Positions 49,399 through 58,598 of a DNA stretch of 64,000 bases are shown piece after piece. The stretch lies in contig CAWHAW010000011.1 of the NCBI GenBank assembly GCA_963827455.1, positions 6,228-70,227 on the forward strand, written 5' to 3'. The stretch's first letter is position 1, and each line of letters opens with the position of its first letter. The position numbers were made by a program, and so were the translations under genes. The stretch is from an uncultured Solirubrobacteraceae bacterium (GTDB taxonomy: Bacteria; Actinomycetota; Thermoleophilia; Solirubrobacterales; Solirubrobacteraceae). The notes beneath the pieces were generated by a model that searched no databases, was not told the DNA's origin, and saw only the letters and a list, made by a program, of their open reading frames with translations.

Positions 49399-51438
49399 AT
49401 GCTCCTGGGCGTCGACGTCGGCGGCACCTTCACCGACGCAGTCCTGCTGGACGACGACGCGGCCGTCTACACCGCCAAGGTCCCCTCGACGCCCTCCGAA
49501 GAGTCCGCGGCGGTACTCGACGCGGTGCAGCTCGTGCTCGACCGCGCCGGCGCGAGCGCTGCCGACGTCGAGCGCTTCGCCCATGGGATGACCGTCGCGA
49601 CCAACGCGCTGCTCGAGGGCCGCACGGCGCGCACGGCGCTACTCGCGACCGCAGGCTTCACCGACGTGATCGAGCTCGCGCGCCAGAATCGTCCGCATCT
49701 GTACCAGCTGTGCGTCGGTGCGGCTGCGGCGTTGGTGCCCGCGGAGATGCGCTACGCGGTGCCGGAGCGCATGGGTCCCGATGGACCGCTGCGCGCGCTC
49801 GACCCGGCGCTGGCGCGTGGGCTGGTCGATCGCCTCGCGGGCGCCGCGCCGCAGGCGGTGGCGGTCTCGCTGCTGCATTCCTACGCCGATCCGGCTCATG
49901 AGCAGCTGCTCGGGGATCTCCTCGAGGAGCTGCTCCCCGACACCCACGTCTCGCTCTCGAGCGAGCTCGTGGGCACATTCCGCGAGTATGAGCGCACGGC
50001 CACGACGGTGCTCGACGCGGCGCTGTCCCCGCTCCTCGGCTCGTATCTGGAACGTCTCACCTCCGAGGCGGGCGAGCTCGGGCTGCCCGAGCCACAGATC
50101 ATGCAGTCCTCGGGCGGCCTGACCGAGCCGGCTCATGCGCGCGCGCATGCGGCGCTCACCGTTCTCTCGGGTCCAGCGGGTGGTGTCGGGGGCGCGCTGG
50201 CGCTGGCAGAGCTCGCTGATGAGTCGCGGGTGCTGTGCTTCGACATGGGCGGCACATCCTGTGACGTATGCCTGATCGACGGCGGCCAGGTCCCGGAGAC
50301 GGCCGAGCGCATGATCGCCGGCCGTCCGCTGTCGCTGCCCGCATTCGACATTCACACCGTCGGCGCCGGCGGCGGTTCGATCGCCTGGCGTGACGGCGGC
50401 GGCGCGCTGCGCGTCGGACCGGCTTCGGCCGGCGCCGACCCCGGGCCGGCTTGCTACGGGCGCGGCGGGAGCGAGCCGACGGTCACCGATGCCAACCTGC
50501 TGCTCGGACGGCTGCTCCAGGATTCGCCGCTCGCGGGCGGTCTGACACTGGACCGCCGCGCCGCACACGACGCGATCTCGCACCTGGCACGCGAGCTGGA
50601 CCTCGAGCCGGTCGCATGCGCGGAGGGCATCGTGCGCGTCGCCGAGGCGCAGATGCTCGGCGCGCTGCGCCTGATGAGCATCGAGCGCGGGATCGACCCA
50701 CGCGCCTTCGCGTTGATGCCGTTCGGCGGCGCAGGCCCGCTGCACGCGGCAGCGCTTGCGCGCGAGCTGGGCATTTCCCGGGTGCTCTGTCCGCGCGCAT
50801 GCGGCGTGCTGTGCGCGCTCGGCCTCGCCGCCGCCGCACCGCGTCGGGACACAGCGCGCACGCTGATGCTCGACGGCCGCTCGCTCTCGCCCGCGCGTCT
50901 GTCGCAGGAGCGAGAGCGGCTGATCGCAGAGACGTGCACCGCGCTCTCGAGCACGCCCGTGCGGGTGCGCGTGCGCCACGAGCTGCGCTACCACGGCCAG
51001 TCATTCGAGCTCGCGATCGAGGAGGAGATCGACTCGAGCACGCCTGCGCTCGAGCCCGACGCCCTACGCGAGGCCTTCGAGCACGCCCACCAGCTGCGCT
51101 ATGGCTACAGCGACGCCGGTGCCGGCGTCGAACTCGTGAACATGCGCGTGTCGGCCTGGGGTTCTGCGCCCACAATGCGGCTGCGACTAGGGGCCCTCGC
51201 GCCGGCGCCGGCGGAGCTGCACGAGATCATCTTCGACGGCGAGGCGCTCGCCGCGACGGTGCTGCGCGGCGAGCCCGCGCCCGGTACGCGGCTGAGCGGG
51301 CCGGCTCTGTGCGCGCTCCCGGAGGCCACGCTGCTGGTCCCGCCTGGATGGTCGGCAGAGGTCGACGAGCACGGGACGGTGCACCTGACTGACACGAGCC
51401 ACACGGAGTGCGCTCGAGCGGCGGCGACCACAGCGTGA
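49399..51438 (+). CDS. Hydantoinase/5-oxoprolinase subunit A
   Basis: GVDVGGTFTD, LSGPAGG, DMGGTS and SAGADPGPACYG. Confidence 0.93.
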   Translation: MLLGVDVGGTFTDAVLLDDDAAVYTAKVPSTPSEESAAVLDAVQLVLDRAGASAADVERFAHGMTVATNALLEGRTARTALLATAGFTDVIELARQNRPHLYQLCVGAAAALVPAEMRYAVPERMGPDGPLRALDPALARGLVDRLAGAAPQAVAVSLLHSYADPAHEQLLGDLLEELLPDTHVSLSSELVGTFREYERTATTVLDAALSPLLGSYLERLTSEAGELGLPEPQIMQSSGGLTEPAHARAHAALTVLSGPAGGVGGALALAELADESRVLCFDMGGTSCDVCLIDGGQVPETAERMIAGRPLSLPAFDIHTVGAGGGSIAWRDGGGALRVGPASAGADPGPACYGRGGSEPTVTDANLLLGRLLQDSPLAGGLTLDRRAAHDAISHLARELDLEPVACAEGIVRVAEAQMLGALRLMSIERGIDPRAFALMPFGGAGPLHAAALARELGISRVLCPRACGVLCALGLAAAAPRRDTARTLMLDGRSLSPARLSQERERLIAETCTALSSTPVRVRVRHELRYHGQSFELAIEEEIDSSTPALEPDALREAFEHAHQLRYGYSDAGAGVELVNMRVSAWGSAPTMRLRLGALAPAPAELHEIIFDGEALAATVLRGEPAPGTRLSGPALCALPEATLLVPPGWSAEVDEHGTVHLTDTSHTECARAAATTA

Positions 51439-52937
51439 GCACATTCGACCCGATCGAGCTGCAGGTGCTGACGGGTGCGCTGCGGGCGGCTTGCGAAGAG
51501 ATGGGCGTCGTGCTGATCCGCTCGGCGCACTCGTCGAACATCAAGGAGCGCAGGGACGCCTCGACGGCATTGTTCGACGCGGACGGGCAGATGGTGATGC
51601 AGGCCGAGCACATTCCTGTGCATCTCGGTGCGATGCCGACCGCGATCGCGGCGGTGCTCGCCGAGAAGCACGTCCCGGGCGTGTCGTGGATTCTCAACGA
51701 CCCGTTCGCCGGGGGCACTCATCTGCCCGATATCACGGTCATCACGCCGGTGTTCGAGCCCGGCGGCGCACTGCTGGGCTTCGCCGCCAGCCGCGCGCAC
51801 CACGCCGACGTCGGAGCACGCGTGCCGGGTTCGATGCCGGCGGACAGCCGAGCGCTCGAGGAGGAGGGCGTGGTGATCTCCCCGCGCCCGCTCGCCGAGA
51901 CGACGATCGAGGAGCTCGTCACGCGCATGCGCCAGCCGCACGAGCGCCGAGCCGACCTGCGTGCGCAGCTCGCGGCCAACCAGGCCGGCGCGCAGCGATT
52001 GATCGAGCTCACGGCACGGATGGGAGCCGATCGCCTGCGCGAGGCGACCGACGCGGTGCTGGACTATTCCGAGCGGCGCACCCGCGCATGCCTCGCGGAC
52101 CTCCCGAACGGCACGCTGCACTGTGAGGACGTGCTCGAGGCGCCCGAGGGCGATCTGGTGCTCCGTGTGCGCGCGCTGATCGACGGCGAACGCCTGCTGC
52201 TCGACTTCTCCGGCAGCGCCGCGCAGCACGACGGCAACCTCAACTGCCCTCTGGCGGTGACGCTGTCGGCGTGCCTGTTCGCGGTGCGCGTGCTCACCGA
52301 CCCCGACATACCGCCGACGGCCGGCGCGTACCGGCCGATCGAGGTGCGCGCGCCGGTGGGCACGGTGCTCAACGCGCGGCCCGGCGCGGCAGTGGCGGCC
52401 GGTAACGTCGAGACGTCCTCGCGCGTCGCCGACCTGGTGCTCGGCGCGTTCGGCCACGCGCAGGGCCAGGGCACGATGAACAACCTGACGCTTGGTGCCG
52501 CCGGCTTCTCCTACTACGAGACGCTCGGCGGCGGCCAGGGCGCGTGTGCGGACGCCGACGGGCCGAGTGGCGTCCACGTCGCGATGAGCAACACGCTCAA
52601 CACGCCGATCGAGGCGCTCGAGCGCGAGTTCCCGGTGCGCGTGCTCGAGTACGCGCTACGTCGCGGCTCCGGCGGCGACGGGCGCCATCGCGGCGGCGAT
52701 GGTGTAGTGCGCGAGCTCGAAGCGCTGACAGAGATGACGTTCTCGTTGATCGCCGAGCGTCGCCGCCACCCGCCCCGCGGCGCCCACGGCGGGGAGCCGG
52801 GGTCGTGCGGACGCGATCTGCTGGACGGGCGTACATTGCCGGCGAAGACCACAGGCACGCTGCTCGCCGGCCAGCGCCTGCGCGTTGAAACCCCCGGCGG
52901 AGGAGGATTTGGAGATGCCCGAGAACGAGCGCGCTGA
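51435..52937 (+). CDS. Hydantoinase B/5-oxoprolinase subunit B
   Basis: SSNIKERRD, IPVHLG, NDPFAGGTHLPD and ETPGGGGFG. GTGA overlap. Confidence 0.93.
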   Translation: MSTFDPIELQVLTGALRAACEEMGVVLIRSAHSSNIKERRDASTALFDADGQMVMQAEHIPVHLGAMPTAIAAVLAEKHVPGVSWILNDPFAGGTHLPDITVITPVFEPGGALLGFAASRAHHADVGARVPGSMPADSRALEEEGVVISPRPLAETTIEELVTRMRQPHERRADLRAQLAANQAGAQRLIELTARMGADRLREATDAVLDYSERRTRACLADLPNGTLHCEDVLEAPEGDLVLRVRALIDGERLLLDFSGSAAQHDGNLNCPLAVTLSACLFAVRVLTDPDIPPTAGAYRPIEVRAPVGTVLNARPGAAVAAGNVETSSRVADLVLGAFGHAQGQGTMNNLTLGAAGFSYYETLGGGQGACADADGPSGVHVAMSNTLNTPIEALEREFPVRVLEYALRRGSGGDGRHRGGDGVVRELEALTEMTFSLIAERRRHPPRGAHGGEPGSCGRDLLDGRTLPAKTTGTLLAGQRLRVETPGGGGFGDARERAR

Positions 52938-53832
52938 GCCGGTCCAGCCCGAAGCAGTGGGATTCGTCGGCCTCGGGATCATGGGCTCCCGGATGGCGGC
53001 GAACGTCGCGCGCGCGGGATTCCCACTGTCGGTGTGGACGCACACCGCCGGCAAGGCCGCAGCCTGGGCTCCTGAGCACGGCGCGCGCGCGTTCGACACG
53101 CCGGCGGAGGTGGCAGCGCACAGCGACATCGTCGTGAGCATGGTCGTTGACGGCGCGCAGGTCGCCGAGGTCCTGCTCGGCGAGCACGGCGTTATCGAGG
53201 CGGCACAGCCTGGGCTCCTGTGCGTGGACATGTCGACGATCGGGCCGCTCGATGCGCGCCGCATCGCGGCGGCGCTCAACGAGCGCGGCGTGGCGATGCT
53301 CGACGCGCCCGTGACCGGCTCCTCGCCGCGCGCCGAGGAGGGCTCACTGACGATCATGGTCGGCGGCGAGCCCGCTGACTTCGAGCGCGCGCACCCACTG
53401 CTGGAGGCGATGGGCCGGCTGATCGTGCACGTCGGCGAGCTCGGTCAGGGGCAGATGTTGAAGCTGATCAACAACTCGCTCGGCGCCGCCAACGCGGCAG
53501 CCGTGGCGGAGGCGCTGCTGCTGGCGCGAGCCACCGGGATCGACCTCGACGCGCTCGTCGAGGTCACCTCCGCCGGCTCGGGCGCCTCGGCGCAGCTACA
53601 GCTCAAGGCTGCGGCGATGCGCGAGCACGACTACACGACGCTGTTCAAGACCGCGCACATGCTCAAGGACGTGCGTCTGTGCCTGCAGGAGGCCGAGACC
53701 GCCGGCGTGCCGTTCTCCGCGGCCGGACATGCCCACGACCTGCTGGCGGCGACGATGGGGCGCGGCTACGGCGAGCAGGACTATGCGGCGCTGATCGAGG
53801 CGGTCGAGGGACTCGCGGGGCGGCGACTGTGA
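52915..53832 (+). CDS. NAD(P)-dependent beta-hydroxyacid dehydrogenase (3-hydroxyisobutyrate/tartronate semialdehyde family)
   Basis: GFVGLGIMG, DMST, DAPVTG and KLINN. Confidence 0.9.
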   Translation: MPENERAEPVQPEAVGFVGLGIMGSRMAANVARAGFPLSVWTHTAGKAAAWAPEHGARAFDTPAEVAAHSDIVVSMVVDGAQVAEVLLGEHGVIEAAQPGLLCVDMSTIGPLDARRIAAALNERGVAMLDAPVTGSSPRAEEGSLTIMVGGEPADFERAHPLLEAMGRLIVHVGELGQGQMLKLINNSLGAANAAAVAEALLLARATGIDLDALVEVTSAGSGASAQLQLKAAAMREHDYTTLFKTAHMLKDVRLCLQEAETAGVPFSAAGHAHDLLAATMGRGYGEQDYAALIEAVEGLAGRRL

Positions 53833-53996
53833 GGAGTTCGTGACACCTCAGACTGGCTAATCGGCCAAAAAAAGGCCCGATTTGCAGGCGATTTGGGATT
53901 TTCGCTCAGGTTTCGTATCTTTAATGCATTGTGCGGTGTCGCTTCGGCGGCGCACGATTTGTCCTGACGTTTCCCTCATCTCGTTAGCTTTTCTTC

Positions 53997-54632
53997 ATGC
54001 CAATTGCTTTCAAAGAATGGGCTGTCACCGTCCGCGCCCTCGCGGAAGGCGAGCAGCTCCTGACGCTCCGCAAGGGCGTACTCCCGCGCGCCGGCAAGCC
54101 GTTCAAGCTGGCACACGAGCGCTTCTTCCTGTACCCGACCTTCGATCACCAGCCGGGTGATCTGGTGCGCGAGTCCCACCAGCCCGAGCTCCGCAGGGCG
54201 CTCGAGGAGGGCGTGTGGAGCGACGGCGAGCCGCCGCTGCACACGTTCGTCTCAGGTGCTCCCCTGCAGCAGCCCGACCGGGTGCGAATCCGCGCGTGGG
54301 CTGAAGTCACCGACCACTTCACGATCGTCGATCCGCGCTGCGTGGACGCGCTGTCGCCGTTCTACGTTTGGACGCCGGACTACGCCGAAAAGCGACTGGG
54401 CTGGCGTGGGCGCCAGCCATTGCACGTGCTGCTGCTGCGCACCTACCGCATCCCGCGGCCGGTGACGGTGAAGGTCAAGGACGAGTACATGGGACCCGGC
54501 GCTTGGATCGAACTGCAGCGCGAACTCCCATTCGAGGGCACCCCGGTGCTCTCAGACGCCGAGTTCGAGCGCGCCTCGGAGGAGATCAGAGCGATCACCG
54601 CCGAAGCGGCCGGCCAGCCCGTCCTCGTCTAG
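53997..54632 (+). CDS. DUF1802 family protein
   Basis: AFKEWAVTVRALAEGEQLLTLRKG...FFLYPTFDHQ. Confidence 0.85.
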   Translation: MPIAFKEWAVTVRALAEGEQLLTLRKGVLPRAGKPFKLAHERFFLYPTFDHQPGDLVRESHQPELRRALEEGVWSDGEPPLHTFVSGAPLQQPDRVRIRAWAEVTDHFTIVDPRCVDALSPFYVWTPDYAEKRLGWRGRQPLHVLLLRTYRIPRPVTVKVKDEYMGPGAWIELQRELPFEGTPVLSDAEFERASEEIRAITAEAAGQPVLV

Positions 54633-54731
54633 CTAGACGACTGTGGACCGGCGCGGGGCGGTGTCCTCGGTCGCTCGTGTGCGGAGCACACCACGCTCCC
54701 TGCGTCCTTGCCCCACTTGATCCACAGCCGT

Positions 54732-55103
54732 CTAGGGGGTGCGCCCCTGGAAAGAAAGCGCTTCGCGCGCTGCCTGCGCTCCAGACTCGGGCACCATGAC
54801 CTCGAGCGTGCCGATCACCGGCGAGTAGCCGCCGATCGAGTTGCGCAGCAGGCACGGGATCCCCTCCTCCAGCAGCAGGCCGGCGATGAACTCCGCCTCC
54901 GGCTGGTTGTCGGCGAAAGCGACCTGCACGAGCGGCCCCTCGGTGTACTGCGGCTTGATCTTGCGCGCCTTACGCTCGCGCTCGCTTGCGTCGTGCTCGA
55001 TGGCGGTCGGATGCACGAGCGGCATCCCGCACTCCTCACAGAAGCGCTCGCTGGCTGGACGCACCCGCGCGCAGCGCGGACACACAAACAGATCACCCTC
55101 CAT
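54732..55103 (-). CDS. Zinc-ribbon + DUF2007-like protein
   Basis: CPRC...FCEECG and EAEFIAGLLLEEGIP...VMVPESGAQAAREAL. TGATG overlap with mec. Confidence 0.78.
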   Translation of the reverse strand: MEGDLFVCPRCARVRPASERFCEECGMPLVHPTAIEHDASERERKARKIKPQYTEGPLVQVAFADNQPEAEFIAGLLLEEGIPCLLRNSIGGYSPVIGTLEVMVPESGAQAAREALSFQGRTP

Positions 55104-55543
55104 CAGCTCACCTCCAGCGCGACCTCCCGAACCTGGCCGCGCTCGATCAGGTACGAGCGTACCTGCGGCTCCTCGTCCGCTGCGAGCCCCACGATGACCC
55201 ACTCGACGCCGGGCCAGTTGGCTGCGAAGTTGATGTCGGTCTGTGAGGGATAGGGAGCACTGCGGACGTGTGAGTGGTAGATCGCGCCGAGCTCGCCGAG
55301 CTCTTCGCACGCGTTTGAGAGCGCCAGCAGTTCCTTCGGCTCGATCTCGAACCGCAACGGGCTTGCGTAGCGATTCCTTGCCCGCAGGACGCGCAGCGCG
55401 CGGGCACTCGCATCCCCCGCCCGCTCCTCGCTGCCATCGTCGGTCTCGCCAGCTGCGACGGCGATCACGCCGCAAACCTCGTTCTCGGGATCCTCGAGCG
55501 CGTGCGCGATCAGCTCGTCGAGAAGCACGGATGAGATCTTCAT
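55103..55543 (-). CDS. mec: JAMM/MPN+ metallopeptidase (Mec-like CysO-cysteine peptidase)
   Basis: NEVCG and IYHSHVRSAPYPSQTD (E...HxH...S..D). Confidence 0.88.
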   Translation of the reverse strand: MKISSVLLDELIAHALEDPENEVCGVIAVAAGETDDGSEERAGDASARALRVLRARNRYASPLRFEIEPKELLALSNACEELGELGAIYHSHVRSAPYPSQTDINFAANWPGVEWVIVGLAADEEPQVRSYLIERGQVREVALEVS

Positions 55544-55580
55544 GTCCACCGAGCACCCTGGCTGCGGGTTGCGAATGCGG

Positions 55581-56552
55581 CTACCACCAGACGGTCGACT
55601 CGAGGTTCTCGATCTCGTCGACAGGCAGCGTGTAGATGCCGCTCGAGAGATACTTCCAGCCGTCGTCGGCGACGACGAACACGACATTACCCTCGTCGAG
55701 CTCGCCCGCGATCCGCACCGCGATGCTCGCGATCGCGCCGCTGGAGACGCCCGCGAAGAGCCCCTCCTCGTCGAGCAGCCTGCGCGTCCAGACAATCGCG
55801 TCGCGGTTGGTCACGAAGATCTTGCGGTCGAGCAGCGAGATGTCGATGATCGGCGGGATGAAGCCATCGTCGAGCGAGCGCAGCCCCTGCACGGGCTCAC
55901 CCTGCATCGGCTCGGCGGCGACGATCTTGACGGCATCGCCGAAGGCCTCCTTGAGGCGCCGGCCGTTGCCCATGAGCGTACCGCCGGTGCCGAGCCCGGC
56001 GACGAACGCGGTGACCTCGTCGAGCTCTTCGAGGATCTCGAGCGCGGTGCCGTTGTAGTGGGCGTTGGGATTAGCCTCGTTGCCGTACTGGTAGGGCATG
56101 TAGCAGGAGGGGTCTTCGGCGGCCATCTCGAGCGCCTTGGCGACGGCGCCGTTGGACCCCTGGGCGCCGTCGGAGTAGACGATCTCGGCGCCATACATGC
56201 GCAGCAGCTGGGTGCGCTCGGGCGTGACGTTGTCCGGCATCACGACCTTGAGCTTGTAGCCCTTGCGCGAACAGATCAGCGCGAGCGAGATGCCGGTGTT
56301 GCCAGAGGTAGGTTCGAGGATCGTCTGGCCGGGACTGATCGCACCTTTCTCCTCGGCGTCCTCGATCAGCGCGCGGGCCACGCGATCCTTGACCGAGCCG
56401 GTGGGGTTGCGCGACTCGAGCTTCGCCCAGATGTGCACGCCGGGCTTGGGCGACAGTCGCGGCAGCTCGACCAGCGGCGTGTTGCCGATCGACTGGACGA
56501 TGTCGCTGTAGCGCCCCGCGCAGGGCTTGTTCCCGAGCCTCTCCGCCGCCAT
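55581..56552 (-). CDS. cysM: Cysteine synthase, CysM type
   Basis: KLESRNPTGSVKDR, PTSGNTG, GLGTGGT and DDGWKYLS. Trp-containing C-terminus and cysO/mec context. Confidence 0.9.
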   Translation of the reverse strand: MAAERLGNKPCAGRYSDIVQSIGNTPLVELPRLSPKPGVHIWAKLESRNPTGSVKDRVARALIEDAEEKGAISPGQTILEPTSGNTGISLALICSRKGYKLKVVMPDNVTPERTQLLRMYGAEIVYSDGAQGSNGAVAKALEMAAEDPSCYMPYQYGNEANPNAHYNGTALEILEELDEVTAFVAGLGTGGTLMGNGRRLKEAFGDAVKIVAAEPMQGEPVQGLRSLDDGFIPPIIDISLLDRKIFVTNRDAIVWTRRLLDEEGLFAGVSSGAIASIAVRIAGELDEGNVVFVVADDGWKYLSSGIYTLPVDEIENLESTVWW

Positions 56553-56600
56553 TACTTCACGGAATATAGCGGTGTGCGCGCGCGGCGTCGAAAGCCAGTT

Positions 56601-56614
56601 TGGCTGTACAGCCA
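56601..56614. promoter_or_regulatory. Perfect 14-bp palindrome between the divergent cysM and GMC oxidase genes
   Basis: TGGCTGTACAGCCA. Confidence 0.4.
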
Positions 56615-56635
56615 GTCGAGAGCTAAGATCAAGCG

Positions 56636-58279
56636 ATGCGCGCCCAGAGTGCCAGCTTCGACTTCGACTGGCTGGTCGTGGGCTCGGGCTTCGGCGGCAG
56701 CGTCTCGGCGCTGCGCCTGTCGGAGAAGGGCTACTCGGTCGGAGTGCTGGAGTGTGGCCGACGCTTCGCCGACGACCAGTTCCCGAAGGCGACGGCCGAC
56801 CTGAAGCGCTACTTCTGGAACCCGCGTCTGGGCATGAAGGGCATCTTCCGACTGACGACGTTCAAGGATGTGTCGGTCGTCTCCGGCTGCGGCGTCGGCG
56901 GTGGCAGCCTCGGCTACGCCAACACGCTCTACGTGCCGCCGAAGACGTTCTTCGAGGACCGCCAGTGGGCAGACATGACCGACTGGGAGACCGCGCTGGC
57001 CCCCCACTACGCCGAGGCCCAGCGGATGCTCGGGGTGGTCGAAAACCCCCACGAGGACCCCGCCGACCAGCTGTTGCGCGAGCTCGGCGAGGAGCTCGGC
57101 GTCGGCGACAGCTACAAACGCACGCCCGTCGGCGTCTTCTTCGGCGAGCCGGGCAAGACCGTGTCAGACCCGTACTTCGGCGGCGAGGGGCCGGATCGCA
57201 CGGGCTGCGAGCTGTGTGGACGCTGCATGGTCGGCTGCCCGCATGGCGCCAAGAACACGCTCGTCAAGAACTACCTGTACTTCGCGGAGAAGCTCGGCGC
57301 GCGGGTGATGCCCGAGCGCACCGTGCTCGACATCCGCCCGCTCGGCGCCGCCGACGGCAGCGAAGGCTACGAGGTCGAAAGCGTGCGCTCGGGCGCGTGG
57401 CTGCGCAAGGAGCGCCGCGTTCAGCGCGCACGCGGCGTGGTCGTCTCGGCCGGCCCGCTGGGCACGAACAAGCTGCTGCAGCGCTGCCGGTTGAAAGGCT
57501 CGCTGCCGCGGATCTCTCAGCGCCTTGGCGAGCTCGTGCGCACGAACTCCGAGTCGATCCTGGCCGTGACGGTGCCCGAGGACTATCCAGAGGACCTGAT
57601 CAAACGCGTCGCGATCACCTCCTCGATCTATCCCGACCCGAACACGCACATCGAGACGGTCACCTACGGCGACGACGGTGACTCGATGCACCGCCTGAAC
57701 ACGCTTCTGGTCGGCGACGGAACGCGCGTGACGCGTCCACTGAAGCTGCTGGCCCAGATCCTGCTGCACCCCAAGCGCCTCGCGCAGGTGATGTTCCCCA
57801 AGCACTGGTCGCGGCGCACGATCATCATCCTCGTGATGCAGACGCTCGACAACGCGATCGCGCTGCGCCCCCACAAAGGCCCGTTTGGCACGTTCTGGCT
57901 GAAGACCGAGCAGGACCCCCAGCGTCCGATCCCGACGTTCATCCCGATTGCCAACAAGGCGGCCGAATGGTTCGCCAGGCGCACCGGCGGCATCGCTCAG
58001 AGCTCGTTCACCGAGGCGCTCTTCAACATCCCCACCACCGCGCACATCCTCGGCGGCGCCGTGATCGCGGCCAGCGCCGAGGAGGGCGTCGTCGACGCGC
58101 ACCAGCGCGTATTCGGCTACGAGAGCCTGCTGGTGTGCGACGGCTCAGCCGTGCCGGCGAACGTCGGCGTGAATCCGTCGTTGACGATCACGGCGCTGGC
58201 AGAGCACGCGATGAGCCAGGTGCCGGCGGCCAGGGCGGGCGAGGTGGCCGAGCCGACTGAGAGCGCGAAGGCGGCGTAG
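56636..58279 (+). CDS. GMC oxidoreductase, cholesterol oxidase (ChoD)-like
   Basis: VGSGFGGSVSALRL, GVGGGSL, CELCGRCMVGC, TAHILGG and NVGVNPSLTI. Confidence 0.9.
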   Translation: MRAQSASFDFDWLVVGSGFGGSVSALRLSEKGYSVGVLECGRRFADDQFPKATADLKRYFWNPRLGMKGIFRLTTFKDVSVVSGCGVGGGSLGYANTLYVPPKTFFEDRQWADMTDWETALAPHYAEAQRMLGVVENPHEDPADQLLRELGEELGVGDSYKRTPVGVFFGEPGKTVSDPYFGGEGPDRTGCELCGRCMVGCPHGAKNTLVKNYLYFAEKLGARVMPERTVLDIRPLGAADGSEGYEVESVRSGAWLRKERRVQRARGVVVSAGPLGTNKLLQRCRLKGSLPRISQRLGELVRTNSESILAVTVPEDYPEDLIKRVAITSSIYPDPNTHIETVTYGDDGDSMHRLNTLLVGDGTRVTRPLKLLAQILLHPKRLAQVMFPKHWSRRTIIILVMQTLDNAIALRPHKGPFGTFWLKTEQDPQRPIPTFIPIANKAAEWFARRTGGIAQSSFTEALFNIPTTAHILGGAVIAASAEEGVVDAHQRVFGYESLLVCDGSAVPANVGVNPSLTITALAEHAMSQVPAARAGEVAEPTESAKAA

Positions 58280-58311
58280 CCTCACCTGCGGCTTGGAATG
58301 TGTCGGCGCGC

Positions 58312-58587
58312 CTACGCCCCGCCTGCCATCGCCGGCAGGATCACGAGCGTGTCGGCCTCGCCGACGGCGGTGTCGAGCCCGTCGAGCACGCGCACGTCCT
58401 CGTCGTTGAGGTACACGTTGACATAGCGGTTGAGCGCGCCGTCGGCGGAGAACAGCTGCTCCTGGGTCGCGGGGTGGTTGGCGGCGAGGTCGCGCAGCAC
58501 CTCGCCGACGTTCTCACCGGCGGCGCCGACCTCCTTCTCGCCGCCGACCGACGCGCGCAGAACCGGGGGTATCTTGATCGTCGCCAC
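58312..58587 (-). CDS. cysO: MoaD/ThiS-family sulfur carrier (CysO-like), ending GG-A
   Basis: ATIKIPPVLR...RYVNVYLNDEDVR...ILPAMAGGA*. Confidence 0.85.
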   Translation of the reverse strand: MATIKIPPVLRASVGGEKEVGAAGENVGEVLRDLAANHPATQEQLFSADGALNRYVNVYLNDEDVRVLDGLDTAVGEADTLVILPAMAGGA

Positions 58588-58598
58588 GGCCGCGGAGA

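Noticed and set aside
53960-53990. Minus-strand CTAACGAGATGAGGGAAACGTC resembling a hammerhead ribozyme core
   Set aside because: It lacks CUGANGA and has no stem II between the GAUGAG and GAAAC elements.
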